A DNA stretch of 64,000 nt, from assembly GCA_951406725.2 (NCBI GenBank), contig OX597814.1, forward strand, positions 97,650,001 to 97,714,000. Direction: 5' to 3'. Shown here piece by piece: positions 13,192 to 24,735 of the stretch. The translations under genes and the position numbers were made by a program. The DNA is from Octopus vulgaris. Lineage: Eukaryota. Below the pieces are notes generated by a model, which saw only the letters and a list, made by a program, of their open reading frames with translations, made no database searches and was not told the origin of the DNA. How positions within the stretch are numbered: the first letter of the stretch is position 1; each line of letters begins with the position of its first letter.

Positions 13192-13284
13192 CTACTCTAT
13201 ATCTGGCACCGACTGAAACAGCAGCTTGGCAAGAAGAAAACTGACTGGAATCAAGACTGGTGAATAGACTGAGCCGACAGCAGC
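13192..13284 (-). CDS. Terminal coding exon 7 (AAVGSVYSPVLIPVSFLLAKLLFQSVPDIE*; GPI-signal-like tail)
   Basis: Acceptor ctatttttcag|, phase 0. TAG at 13194-13192; AATAAA about 35 nt downstream. Confidence 0.75.
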   Translation of the reverse strand, partial: AAVGSVYSPVLIPVSFLLAKLLFQSVPDIE

Positions 13285-14314
13285 CTGAAAAATAGTTTTA
13301 AAATCTATAAATATTCTTACGTTACATAAAATAGTTGATAATAAATAAAATACTTTCGTCTCAATAGAAATATTTCAAAAATTTAGAAAACATCCACTTT
13401 CTACTTTTGTACTCTCAGCATTGGGTTATCATTTATAAAAGATATTAGTATGTTATGCAGACGTAATTGAATACCCACTAGATCTTACAAATACTAAAAA
13501 AACAATTGTTAGATATGAGAATAGAATAAGAGAAATATATTTTATATAATGAGTGGTAACGGATAAATCAATACATGGTTCTCTGAATTCGATATAATTA
13601 GATCCAGCTATAATAAAATTGAAAATTTAATGAACTGGCTTTTCACGGCTACAAATATTATACAATCATTGGCCATAAACGCAATTACAAGGACAGCAGA
13701 TATATTAATAGTAGCAATAGATACAATAATAGCAGCAACAGCAATTCATTAAAAATGGTTTCTATTTTGCTTCATGTGCAACAAGCGAAAAAAAAAAATT
13801 AAATTGGAAGGAAAAAAACAAAACAAAAAAAAAAACTGAGAAGCAGAAAGTGACTACGAAGCATTTGGTGGATAAACAGAACAATAGGGAAAGTAGAAAA
13901 ACTGCTATGAATTGAAATTGAAAAGTATTCAAAGGTACAAAAAAAAATGGGGAAAAAAAACAAGATATGCTAATTGGTAGGCTAGACATTAGCATTCATA
14001 TTCGTCTGTATGTTTTCATGCTATCACATTTTGTTACTCAAGAATTCCAGATTGTTAAAACAGACTGGAAAATTTGTATGCCTTATCAGTGGCAGTTTTG
14101 GTTAATGAAATATTTGTGCTTTAAAGGAGCTGGTATGACTGTGTAGTTAACAATTTCTACAAATACCTATGATTGACCAATATCTTGTGAATGGAATTTG
14201 ACAGGTGTAAACTGAGCACATGTGTGCATGTGAACATAATTATGTATGGGCGCATGCACATGGCATAAGCATAGATGTCATTGCATATGTAGGCATTATT
14301 ATATACTAAGCTAA

Positions 14315-14990
14315 GGCGGCGAGCTGGCAGAAACGTTAGAATGCCGGGCGAAATGCGTCGCCGTATTTCGTCTGCTGTTACGTTCTGAGTTCAAATTCCG
14401 CCGAGGCCGACTTTGCCTTTCATCCTTTCGGGGTCGATAAATTAAGCACCAGTTGCGCACTGAGGTCGTTGCAATCGACTTAATTCCTTTGTTTGTCCTT
14501 GTTTGTCCCCTTTATGTTTAGCCCTTTGTGGCTAATAAAGAAATAAGAAACGTTAGCGCGCCGGGCGAAATGCTTAGCAGTATGCCGTCTGCCGTTACGT
14601 TCTGTGTTCAAATTCCGCCGAGGTTGACTTTGCCTTTCATCCTTTCGGAGTCGATTAAATAAGTACCAGTTACACACTGTAATCGACTTAATCCCTTTGT
14701 CTGTCTTTGTTTGTCCCCTCTATGGTTAGCCACACCAGTGGGAAATAAAGAAATAATTATTATGTGCTAAGCTAAGGCGGCGAGCTGGCAGAATCGTTAG
14801 AACGCCGGCAAAATGCTTAGCAGTATTTCGTCCGTCACTATGTTCTGAGTTCAAATTGCGCCGAGGTTGACTTTGCCTTTCATCCTTTCAGAGTCGATAA
14901 AATAAGTACCAGTTGAACACCGGGGTCGATGTAATCGACTCATCTCTGCCCCCAAAATTACTGCCCTTGTGGCAAAATCTGAATCCATTA
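14315..14990 (+). mobile_element. Three tandem family A SINEs (14315-14547, 14548-14755, 14776-14986)
   Basis: Three cores; target sequence attattat.tgctaagct occurs three times. Confidence 0.9.
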
Positions 14991-15106
14991 TTATATGCTA
15001 AGCTTCTTGAATGTTTTACATATTTTGACGGTATCTTTGATAATAAAAACTCTAATCTTCTGATTAGGGTTGTTATTTATAGTTTTGTGAATAGTTGCTA
15101 CTCAAG

Positions 15107-15168
<62 letters not shown>

Positions 15169-15439
15169 TTCATGCAGGTATGGCATGGATTCGATCCTCG
15201 ATAGCCAAATTTCACTTAACACTTCAGCAACAATTCTCTCACGATAAAACAATAGTTTTTCTGTGAATGACAGCAGTTATATTTGCCAGATGCCATCGCT
15301 AAGCAGAATAATGTCTTTTCCACTTGACCTTTCTAATCTCTTCTAGGCCACCAAAAGCTAGTATACAGATAACAGACGCCCAACGAAATCTATTGTTCTC
15401 AGCAATATGTCTATCCTTCTGGCTGGTTTTGGATAGTTA

Positions 15440-15870
15440 TAAAAACAAGAACTCCGTAAGCCAAAGTCAGTTAGTGAGAACCAAGTCTGGCTGATCGGCT
15501 GAACAAAGCGCCGTCTTTAAAGGAAAAGGCATTAAGGGATAACAATGGTAACTCACCAACGAAGCAGTTGTTTCGTCCCACCACTCTCACTTTCACTAAC
15601 TCACTTTCTTTTCTCTGTAACATTACCATATCTCTCTAAATATATACTACTATGAGATCGAAATTTACTCTTTTTACCTCGCATGCTTTTCCATTTACTA
15701 GTTATACATACCAACCCGTCGTGGTTTTGGATATATACAAAGTAACGGTAAATAAATATCTCTTTACAACTTCAATCACTGTTCTTCTTCCATCTTGCAT
15801 ACTGGCAACAAACACCTTAACAACGACAACCGTTACAATTGGTGACCCTCGACTGCAACGAAGAACTAAC
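15440..15870 (+). mobile_element. LTR remnant with tRNA-Trp-like PBS
   Basis: ...GTTACA-at-TGGTGACCCTCGAC near 15840, AATAAA upstream. Left boundary approximate. Confidence 0.5.
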
Positions 15871-15877
15871 TGTTACA

Positions 15878-15920
<43 letters not shown>

Positions 15921-15947
15921 AAATAAAAACATGATGCCAAGGATTCA

Positions 15948-16025
15948 GCGGTACATATGTTTCGGGCCTTTATTAGACAGATTTATAACAATGCATAATG
16001 TATGTCTGTGGCCTTCTTCAGCCGC
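15948..16025 (-). ncRNA. Type I hammerhead ribozyme (family 1), inverted arm copy
   Basis: Exact reverse complement of 16298-16375. Confidence 0.8.
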
Positions 16026-16297
16026 GCACAACAGCTTCCACAAGGACATGTGTTACATCAAAAATTCTTGGTTGGGGATGCAAATCCTCTCATTCGCGTA
16101 CGACATAATGCGGCAACAGTATAGAATTGAAGCGTCCATCTCTTTCTTCTCTCAAAGAGATTCTACATTGAGAGAAGAAAGAGATGGACGCTTCAATTAT
16201 ATGCTGTTGCCGCATTATGTCGTACGCGAATGAGAGGATTTGCATCCCCAACCAAGAATTTTTGATGTAACACATGTCCTTGTGGAAGCTGTTGTGC

Positions 16298-16375
16298 GCG
16301 GCTGAAGAAGGCCACAGACATACATTATGCATTGTTATAAATCTGTCTAATAAAGGCCCGAAACATATGTACCGC
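16298..16375 (+). ncRNA. Type I hammerhead ribozyme (family 1)
   Basis: GCGG-CUGAAGA-A-GGCC..GGCC-C-GAAA-CAUAUG-UA-CCGC. Stem I GCGG/CCGC, palindromic stem III ACAUAUGU, GUA triplet. Confidence 0.8.
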
Positions 16376-16477
16376 TGAATCCTTGGCATCATGTTTTTAT
16401 TTTGATCAATTTACTCCACCACCTACACCACCAAACGGTATACACAGGTGCTTATAATTATCAAGTACTCACCCCGA

Positions 16478-16529
<52 letters not shown>

Positions 16530-16658
16530 GTGAGTGTATATGTGAGTGTATATGTGAGTGTATATATATGTGTATATATATATGTTTGTATATATATATG
16601 TGTGTATATATATGTGTGTATATATATATATGTATATATATATATGTGTATGTATATG

Positions 16659-16710
<52 letters not shown>

Positions 16711-16803
16711 ATCCAAACAAGAAAACACAGAAAAAAACACAGCAACGCGAGGACGTGGAACAATTAAAGTATTATTTGACGCTCAGGAAAAAAGGGAAGG
16801 AGG

Positions 16804-16838
16804 GTTTAACGTTTCGAGCGGAGCTCTTCGTCGGAAAC
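16804..16838 (-). ncRNA. Minimal hammerhead ribozyme (family 2), core variant CCGACGA
   Basis: GUUU-CCGACGA-A-GAGC-UCC-GCUC-GAA-ACGU-U-AAAC. Confidence 0.6.
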
Positions 16839-16981
16839 AAAGGAGAAGGAAAGATCCCGAGAAGGGAAGACAGAATATATATATATATATACTATAGTGC
16901 AAGCATTTTAATATGTGACAGCGTGTATATTGTTGGCGACGATTTTCTTTCTCCATCTTCCTTTCTTTGGACTTTATCTAT

Positions 16982-17016
16982 ATTTCTGGTGAAGAGCTCC
17001 GCTCGAAACGTGAAAC
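16982..17016 (+). ncRNA. Minimal hammerhead ribozyme (family 2), probably inactive
   Basis: AUUU-CUGGUGA-A-GAGC-UCC-GCUC-GAA-ACGU-G-AAAC; core change and G at the cleavage position. Confidence 0.5.
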
Positions 17017-17118
17017 CCTCTTTCTTTTCTTCCCTTTCCTGAGCGTCCAATAATATTGTACTTATTCCACGTCCTCGCGTTGTTGTTTTTCTTGTTTGTT
17101 TATGTTTGGATTGACTAT

Positions 17119-17151
<33 letters not shown>

Positions 17152-17863
17152 ACCTCTACTATCGCTACCATGTGCCACTTCACCAATCCAACCGCTTTTT
17201 ATTTATTTTTGTACAGAAACTAGCATCATAAATTAGGGCCTATTAGAACTTTCCAATATTATGTTTCTATCCAATAAAACATCAGTACTTCCTAATTTAT
17301 TTCGCTATATCAGTAAAATAATTTCTCAGTCTTTAACAATTTTAATATGCAAATTTTAATTTCCTCGAAGGTTGTACTCACGGCACATTCTTTACTTCAC
17401 GGTTTCAGTGAACTCTCGTATGAGGAAAACTAAACAACTGGATTTATTGCGGTTGTTAATACTTTTATAAACCTCAGGTAATCTAGGTTTCTTTAAAATT
17501 ATACTTTCTCAGTTTCTAGTCTAAATCCGAAATTTGACAAAAGTTATTCGTCTGATCCAATTTTTTTTCTTTTTACGAAAAAAAAGTCCCCCCCCCCTCA
17601 TTGTAACTTTTTCTTTGTCTCTCTTTTTCTTTCTCTCTCTCTCTCTCTCTCGCTTACACACAGAAGCCCCCTCTCTCTCTCTCTCTCTCTCTCTCTTCCT
17701 TTCTCTCTCTCTCTCCCTCACACTCACATATACACACTCTCTCTAACATACATTCACTCTCACTCTTTCTTATTTGAACACAACTTCTAATATTTAGTTT
17801 CTACTTAGAAATCCGCTTCATTAGCGTGAACTGCTGGTGATCACTAAGCAACAGCTTTTGATA

Positions 17864-18075
17864 TTGATTTCAAATTTTTAGCAAAAGGACAGCAATTTCA
17901 AGGAAGAGATTAGTCGATTACATCGACCCAGTGCTCAACTGATACTTATTTTATCGATCCCAAAAGGATGAAAAGTAAAGTCAACCACGGCGGAATTTGA
18001 GCCCAGAAAATAATGACGGACAAAATGCCGCTAAGAATTTTGTCCGGCGTTCTAACGATTCTGCCAGCTCGCTCC
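17864..18075 (-). mobile_element. SINE family A
   Basis: Core match. Further copies at about 26190-26410(+), 26545-26740(+), 28770-28965(-), 28985-29185(-), 31490-31700(+), 36770-36965(-), 37428-37540(-), 37555-37772(-), 50155-50370(+), 55859-56030(+), 57706-57857(+). Confidence 0.8.
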
Positions 18076-18301
18076 TTCTTTTGCTGTTTGATATTATTTG
18101 ATATTAACCACAACAGTCTCCCAAAAACCATCATTATTTTCTGTATTTAGCTTCATGATCTATCGACCAAACTCTTTTTTTTACCATAAATATAATGTTA
18201 AAGACATTAACAGATCATTAACTTTGAATGCTCATTTTTTTCTTTTTTTTGCTTTAAGCATCTCGTAAGTTGGAAGTAACCATGAAGCGAAAATTACTCA
18301 C

Positions 18302-18355
18302 AGCAGAACAAAGAATTCCTGTTGGAGACATCGTAGACATACCATAGGTAGGTGG
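18302..18355 (-). CDS. Coding exon 6 (PPTYGMSTMSPTGILCSA; Ser/Thr/Pro stalk)
   Basis: Acceptor ttattttgttttctag|, donor GCT|gtgagt. 54 nt, phase 0->0. Confidence 0.8.
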
Positions 18356-18509
18356 CTAGAAAACAAAATAATACAATTTGTTAAAATAATTATTATGTAA
18401 ACTTTAAATAATATTTCATACATACATACATACATACATACATACATACATACATACATACATACATACATACATACATACATACATACATACATACATA
18501 CATACATAC

Positions 18510-18930
18510 ATGGCTTTCTAATAAGTAGTCTGCTTCCCAACCATATGGTTCCAGGTTCAGCCAAACTGTGTGGCACCTTGGACAAGTATCCTCTTCTATA
18601 GCACCAAGCTGACCAGATCCTTGTGAGTGGATTTGGTAAACAGAAACCGAAAGCAGTCCCTCGAATGGACATGTGTGTGCGCGCTAGCGCACGCGCGCGT
18701 GTCTTTCTATTTATGTTTATCCACCACCGCCACTTGACAACCATGCTGGTTTATTTACTTTCCTGTAACTTAGCGATTCGGCAAAAAACATCGATAGAAT
18801 AAGTAGCAAACAAACAAAAAATAAAATAGTAACAATATTTTAGTACTAGGGGTGATTTGTTCGACTAAATCATTCAAGGCGATGCCCAGCATGGCCACAG
18901 TCTAATGACTGAAAAAAGTAAAAGATAAAA
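18510..18930 (+). mobile_element. SINE family B with 3' tail
   Basis: Meta-like core plus tail ..CTTGACAACC..AGCATGGCCACAGTCTAATGACTGAAA. Other copies at 47550-48770 (split), 49245-49635(-), 58290-58430(-). Confidence 0.75.
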
Positions 18931-19416
18931 ATATATCATTTCATTTACTTGTTTCAGTCTTCTTTCAGTGGGACTGAACCCGTAACCATTTGTCTTAGAA
19001 GCAAACGTCTTATCACATTGTTTAAAAAGATTCTATGACTTTTAGAATAAGAAACCCCTGGTTACAAAGTGTGGCGATTACTCTGTTTCACTGTTAGCCC
19101 TAATGTATCACTAAAAACGGCTTTTGGGGGATTATTTGAGTCACATTCCTGGTATTAATGTTTGTTTGTTTCACTTAGAAAGAAATTGTTGGGTAAATCG
19201 AAGCTTTATATTTAAATTTTTTGTATTTTCGTGTAAGAATTGGATAACTATGAAGACATTTCAGGCTTTCTTCCACCGATCAGCTTTTATAGTCATGAAA
19301 ACATGAACAAAATGAACTTCATTCTCATTAAGCAGAGGTACCAAAAATTCACACGCGCACACACACATTATATGCATGTAAATAGAAGCATGTATAGTGT
19401 ATTTGATATCCTCACT

Positions 19417-20425
19417 GTTTGAGAGACACATTAGGAATGATCTCGTTGTAGTTAACAACTATCTTTGGCTTGTTTGACCCTGTTGTGTCCACTGCTCTGA
19501 TTGGTTGGCATTTGGCGCAGTTTGTCTTTCGACTTATTTCGTGTCAGTGTGTAAGCCAATCAATCACGGCCTTCGGATAAGGTCTCGTGACACTGTTTTT
19601 CTGTTCCCTCCTTTGAGCCTACCACAGGCTATAAAAAGGCCAGCATTTCACTATTCCGAGTCCTTGACTCTAGACCTTCTAAGGTCTAGTCATTGACGAC
19701 CGAGCTATTCAGCCGTGTTCCAGCAACAGACGACCAGCCAGCCATGAAGACGCTATTATACACCAGCGACAGACAGGACGTTTTCCATCTCCGCCGCCGT
19801 CATCACCATCGTCGTCCTTCAACTCTATGTCGTCTTCATCTCCGTCGACTTCAGCAACATGTACACATCAACATCGCCCAGGTCTAAACTCACGATATTT
19901 GTAAATATTTCACCGAGGTAAAACAGTTACAGTCTACCTGAAGAACTTTCTGTATCAAGAGACTCGGCACGGCATTGAAACCACAACTTCTACACATGTA
20001 GTAACCGGCATTCTGCCACGTGACCCCCAACATCTTGTTATAGAACACTTGCTATCGTGTACCTCACGAACTGGTAAACAAATTCCATCTTAACTCAATA
20101 TGCTGAGAGACTTATCTTATGCTCTGTATTTCAATTGTATACGCATTCACCTTCTGTCGCATACACGAACACACTGACACAAACACTTGTCGCACGCATC
20201 TAGACACAACACCTTTGCTAGCACTCATACACACTCTCTTTGTACACTTTGTAAATAAAGTCTTCTCTCTCAAACAGTAGAACGGTTGTCGTCCTTTATT
20301 TATTCCTTTGGCACTGTATTTTATATCCTGTATTTGGCTTCTCTTATTTTGTTAGGGGCGACCGTGCGGCGTTCAAAAGGAGACATTTGTCACCAACTCC
20401 TTTCGTACGGTCGTATTCTCTGCAC
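19417..20425 (+). mobile_element. Solo-LTR-like element
   Basis: TG..CA ends, CCAAT boxes, CTATAAAAAG at ~19629, AATAAA at ~20254. Homologous to 46320-46860(-). No clear TSD. Confidence 0.55.
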
Positions 20426-20832
20426 ATGCATACATATGTATAATGCTTGTATTTATGCATGTATACAATACTGATGATGTGAAGATGTACATCGACCAGA
20501 TTTATGTAATTCGGCCTGACAATCTTCAATGAAATACGTATAAGAATACTAGAAGTAAATAATTTCAAAAACAAACTCCAGTTTTGTTTCTCTCTCAACA
20601 CACACACACACACCGTTTTTAGTTGGTTTCCCTTAAAATTCTGACGCTGACGAGATTTGAATGGAGACAGAAGAAACTAAAAGTTCGTGCCATTGTACTG
20701 TATTACGTCGGAATAATACTGAGCACAAAATGATATTCGGTTATTTCGTTACGATTCATACAAAAGATTCATACTGGGCTTCGTATATTTTACCCAAGTG
20801 TCACTTTGATGGCATGCACTGCTCTCTCACTC

Positions 20833-20864
<32 letters not shown>

Positions 20865-20908
20865 CAACAACAACAACAACAATAATAATAATTAATAAAG
20901 AGAATTAC

Positions 20909-21035
20909 AGGGCAATTGAGAATATTCCGCTTGAGTCTGAGAGTAATTTCCCAATAACTTCGAGTAAACTGCATCGCGTCGTAACTACACTTATTTGCAA
21001 CATTCATTCGGCAGAGAACCATATTGTTTAAAGTG
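20909..21035 (-). CDS. Coding exon 5 (TLNNMVLCRMNVANKCSYDAMQFTRSYWEITLRLKRNILNCP)
   Basis: Acceptor ttgtttattttccag|, donor CCT|gtaatt. 127 nt, phase 2->0. Lies inside ORF 20831..21091. Confidence 0.85.
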
Positions 21036-21447
21036 CTGGAAAATAAACAAATAATGAATAAATCTTTAACAACATATACTTCAAAGAACAATTTTTATTG
21101 TGTATATTTGAGTATCACCATTCTAAATCAAAATTACAGTAGGCCAATCTAGCTTTGTGCGTTAAATTGAAATACAGTCATTCCTCAACTTATCTTTTGC
21201 AGTTGCGTCATTTTCAACTTCAATTCGATTTATTCGACATTTAGTCGGCCTCAGCGAACATATTTAAAAAGTATAGATTTTTTTTTTTTTTTTTGAAAAA
21301 AACAACACTGAAGTAGAATATCAAATAAAATACACTTAAAAATATCTACAAAACATTTATTAAAACATTTGTCTTGCAAGATTCTTAATGTGAAATCGTT
21401 TGTTGAAACAGATATTGTTATATTTAGGGATGAGACAAAGAATACCT

Positions 21448-21970
21448 TGTAGGGCAGGATTCGTGACAAAAGGACTTCCGGTAGGAGAAGGAAAACAAAA
21501 GAATGTCAACAGTGAGTGTGAAACGAATCTGAGTGAACTAAACAGAAATAACTGACGACTTATGCCCGGATGTACGTAAAGTAATGAACCTTTGATAAAT
21601 GTATTCTTGTCTCCACTAGTTTGTCTGGTGACCCCGACGATAGAACAATAGCTCTCGCTATCGAAACAAACATGGCTAGCAACAAAATAACACTGAGGCT
21701 ACCACCGTTCTGGCCTAAGAGGGTTGAACTGTAGTTCGCGCAGGTGGAAGCTCAATTCGATACAAACAAGGTAACGGCCGACCAAAGTAAGTACTCACAC
21801 GTTGTGGCAGCACTAGAGGTGCTGGACATTTTAACCCATCCCCCACCAACGAAAAAATATGCCATACAGAAAGAAGACCCAAAAGTACTGCCTCCATAAA
21901 AGCATCGCCTGGGGCTGACCTCCCTCCACTGCAACAACTGCTTGGTACGCTACTGCTCCACGACATCAAC
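21448..21970 (+). mobile_element. Gypsy 5' fragment: LTR, tRNA-Trp PBS, decayed gag
   Basis: PBS TGGTGACCCCGAC at 21626-21638. From 21672: MASNKITLRLPPFWPKRVEL*FAQVEAQF..KYSHVVAAL. Confidence 0.8.
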
Positions 21971-22037
21971 GATAAGGCAAGGTGTAAACGAAAAAATACT
22001 TATAATTTTAACAGCTTTTTTAGACATTAATTAATTA

Positions 22038-22102
<65 letters not shown>

Positions 22103-22133
22103 CTATTTATTCTACAAAATTCAAACAGTTTAC

Positions 22134-22221
22134 CTGCAGTTGTTAGATACGCCAGAGCCGCAATCTTGAAGTGATTGTTTAGTCGATGGGTTTGATAGGC
22201 AAGGGATGACAGCCATCAGTA
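22134..22221 (-). CDS. Coding exon 4 (L-LMAVIPCLSNPSTKQSLQDCGSGVSNNC-S)
   Basis: Acceptor ttcattattttgaag|, donor CAG|gtaaac. 88 nt; only one frame is open and it is the one phase 1->2 requires. Confidence 0.85.
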
Positions 22222-23436
22222 CTTCAAAATAATGAAAAGCGTGATTTATATAACTCAACACTTGAGAAACATTAGATTTAATGTTTTTAATTTTCATAAA
22301 ATGATTATAACAATGACATGTTTTATGAATTTTAACGATGAATTTTAATCATGAATTTTAACGATGAAAGGAGGATTATCTTGATGAGAACAAGACGAAC
22401 ATATGTAAGTCATTAATTCAAGATAGATTTTTAAGGTTCAAATATAACTATTAAAAGTAAAAATAAATTTTTTAAATTAGTTATTCGTAATCTCGCCATC
22501 CGAACAGAATATACTTCGCTGAGGATATCAACTAAAGCCAAAACATGTCCAATGCTTTCACTAGTTGAATTTTAAAATCCAGATCCACTCTAATCTGTGT
22601 CAATCCAGAAATGTCGAAAAACTCTTATGAGAGTTATCCCTCTTACTTGAAAGCGAAACATTCCGTTTAGGAGAATTTGAGAATTTAAATACCCCTATAC
22701 TGAATATTTCTCTTAATTAATTGCCTGAACAATTTAAGAAAAACAATTACAGATATTTCGGATAATTCATTACATACATTTCAATAATCAATAATCGATC
22801 AAAGGCAGACCATTTCGTCTGATGTAAGATATTTCGGGTTTTATATTTCGTTGTTTTCCATCTGAGGAAGTTATCTATAATGGACTGATTATTGATTATT
22901 GAAATATTCGAAATATCAATAACTTGTTTTCTGTTCATTTATATTTACTGCGGCACTTATTATTCCATTCATATTAATTATTACAGAGTCCGTATTAATG
23001 TTGCTTTTTAGACATGAAAATGGAAGTTTAACATATCCGGATAATCGATCCCTTATTCCTTTGATCGTTTGTCTTTCATTTTAATGCATCAAAAATAAGT
23101 ACACACACATACACATACACTGATCACTTTTAATCTCACCCAATAGAATATGTTTCTCCGAGGAGGAGACTAAAACAAGGTCGTTTTCCCCAGCTGGCTT
23201 TAACATCTTTAACATTTTTGGACATCTACATCGTCCAAAATTTCTATCAAGTGATCTTATTGGAATTATCTTTGTTGCTTGCTGTTTTCAGATTTTAAAC
23301 ATCCCTAGGGAATGAGCTCTTACCATATTTAGAAGTACTATCTATCCCCACTTAAACGTTGATATTCTGTTAGAACAAACTATACTGCGGTAGATACTAT
23401 GAGAGAAACTCTCTCACTACAAAATGCACTTTTGTT

Positions 23437-23577
23437 TATATCGCTAGCGAGGAGATAAATTCTTGCTTTCTCCGGTGCCGAAACCACCGGGTCACGTGAT
23501 TTTGACTTCTTTGGTCTTGTCAATGATGGACACTCGACCGCTAGAAATAGCAGTGATTCATCTCCGCCAGCGATATA
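23437..23577. repeat. Imperfect ~140-bp fold-back (MITE-like)
   Basis: tatatcgctagcgaggagat ... atctccgccagcgatata. Confidence 0.6.
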
Positions 23578-24185
23578 TAGAATAAGAGGACCAGATCAGG
23601 TGCTGGTATCGCAATTAACCAGTGGGCTTGTTAAAAATACTATCATCTATTTGTATTCACTAAGCAGAACGCTTCATTGAGATATTTTCCTTCGGTCATA
23701 AATTGAAAGATTGTCTGGTTTTTTCGTAGCATAAATGCCAATGCATGTGTTTTTACATGCAACTTTTTGTTAATGATTTCGAGAATATATTTTGGATGAA
23801 AAAAAAAGAAAGGAAGACATTTTCACTAGAAAAAATAAAATACAATTTCCTCCCCCTCTCCACTGAAACTCACAGGTCATCCCTTTGCCAGAGCATTTTC
23901 ATAAGTTTGTCTTAAACGTCTATGCTTGTTTCCAGATTTTTCGTTAGTATTTGTTTCATACGTTTCATTCATAAATCCAAAGCTGCTCTGGTGGTTGAAA
24001 AAACTTGGGAATGTGTATCGTATACGATGCATAGATGCCAGGGAAATATGTCCCGTGTATCATATGTGACAGACAGAACAGGTAAAGGGTTAAACTTACT
24101 TCATATGCATTGATAAGCAGGCGTAAATGGTGGGTGAGGGGACAATTTGATACAAAAAATAGATCGAAATAAATCGATAACTTAC

Positions 24186-24319
24186 GTCCAAATGCTTTAT
24201 TACAAACCCAAGATAAAAACTGGGTTTGTTGTTGAATGTTTGTTTGGGCAGTAGCATTGGTCATTTGGCACGATCCAGTATAAATAGTTTGAAGACAGGA
24301 TACAAATTCTGGTAGATTT
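24186..24319 (-). CDS. Coding exon 3 (NLPEFVSCLQTIYTGSCQMTNATAQTNIQQQTQFLSWVCNKAFG)
   Basis: Donor GGAC|gtaagt. The AAG acceptor at 24320-24322 is required for phase 2->1. Overlaps ORF 23965..24264. Contains N-glycosylation sequon NAT. Confidence 0.85.
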
Positions 24320-24410
24320 CTTTTTAGTTAACATGAAATTATAGAATGCAAGAAATAAATTATTAATTTATACAGTGATGAGTATTAATATTATACGTGC
24401 TCATTTTCAT

Positions 24411-24658
24411 TTAACCCTTTATCTGCGAGATTAAATTTCGTGGTTATTCCAATAAAGATGTTAAATAGAATTGGTATTTTACTGCAAGTCACATCACCTC
24501 AATAAACTTGACATATCTAAAAAAAAAAAAAAAAAGCAATTTCAAACATGACATTCCTCAACAGAAGAAAGAAACATTGTTAGATAAAGTTGCTTTTAGT
24601 AGTTAACGGTAAGGAAATTTTGAGTAGATGTATCTGATTGCCGCAGTAAAGGGATTAA
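24411..24658. mobile_element. piggyBac-like MITE
   Basis: TTAA-CCCTTTAtCTGCG ... CGCAGTAAAGGG-a-TTAA. Confidence 0.6.
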
Positions 24659-24735
24659 GCGTAATTTTGGAAGAAAAAAAAAACACGAAGTTCAGTATCA
24701 TTATGTTTTATTGAAAGCTAACGAAAACAAATTAA

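Larger units (their letters stand above)
15917..16482. mobile_element. Penelope-like non-autonomous element: 490-bp palindrome plus 76-bp tail, embedded in (TA)n
   Basis: Arms 15917-16155 and 16168-16406 with 2 mismatches and a 12-nt loop. An unfolded copy lies at 34980-35760. Confidence 0.85.
16706..17117. mobile_element. Second Penelope-like inverted pair (16706-16873 / ~16930-17117) in (TA)n/(CA)n
   Basis: Diverged inverted arms, each with a minimal hammerhead. Third copy at 54217-54420. Confidence 0.75.

Noticed and set aside
14315-14410. tRNA gene calls for SINE heads
   Set aside because: A/B boxes are present but there is no cloverleaf; they are followed by SINE core, tail and TSDs.
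15652-16392. Repeated MMPRIQRYICFGP ORFs on both strands and at 35075
   Set aside because: By-product of the palindromic hammerhead element; no protein motif.
22515-22552. CTGAGGA...AAAACATGTC hammerhead-like remnant
   Set aside because: GAAA core and stem II are not intact.
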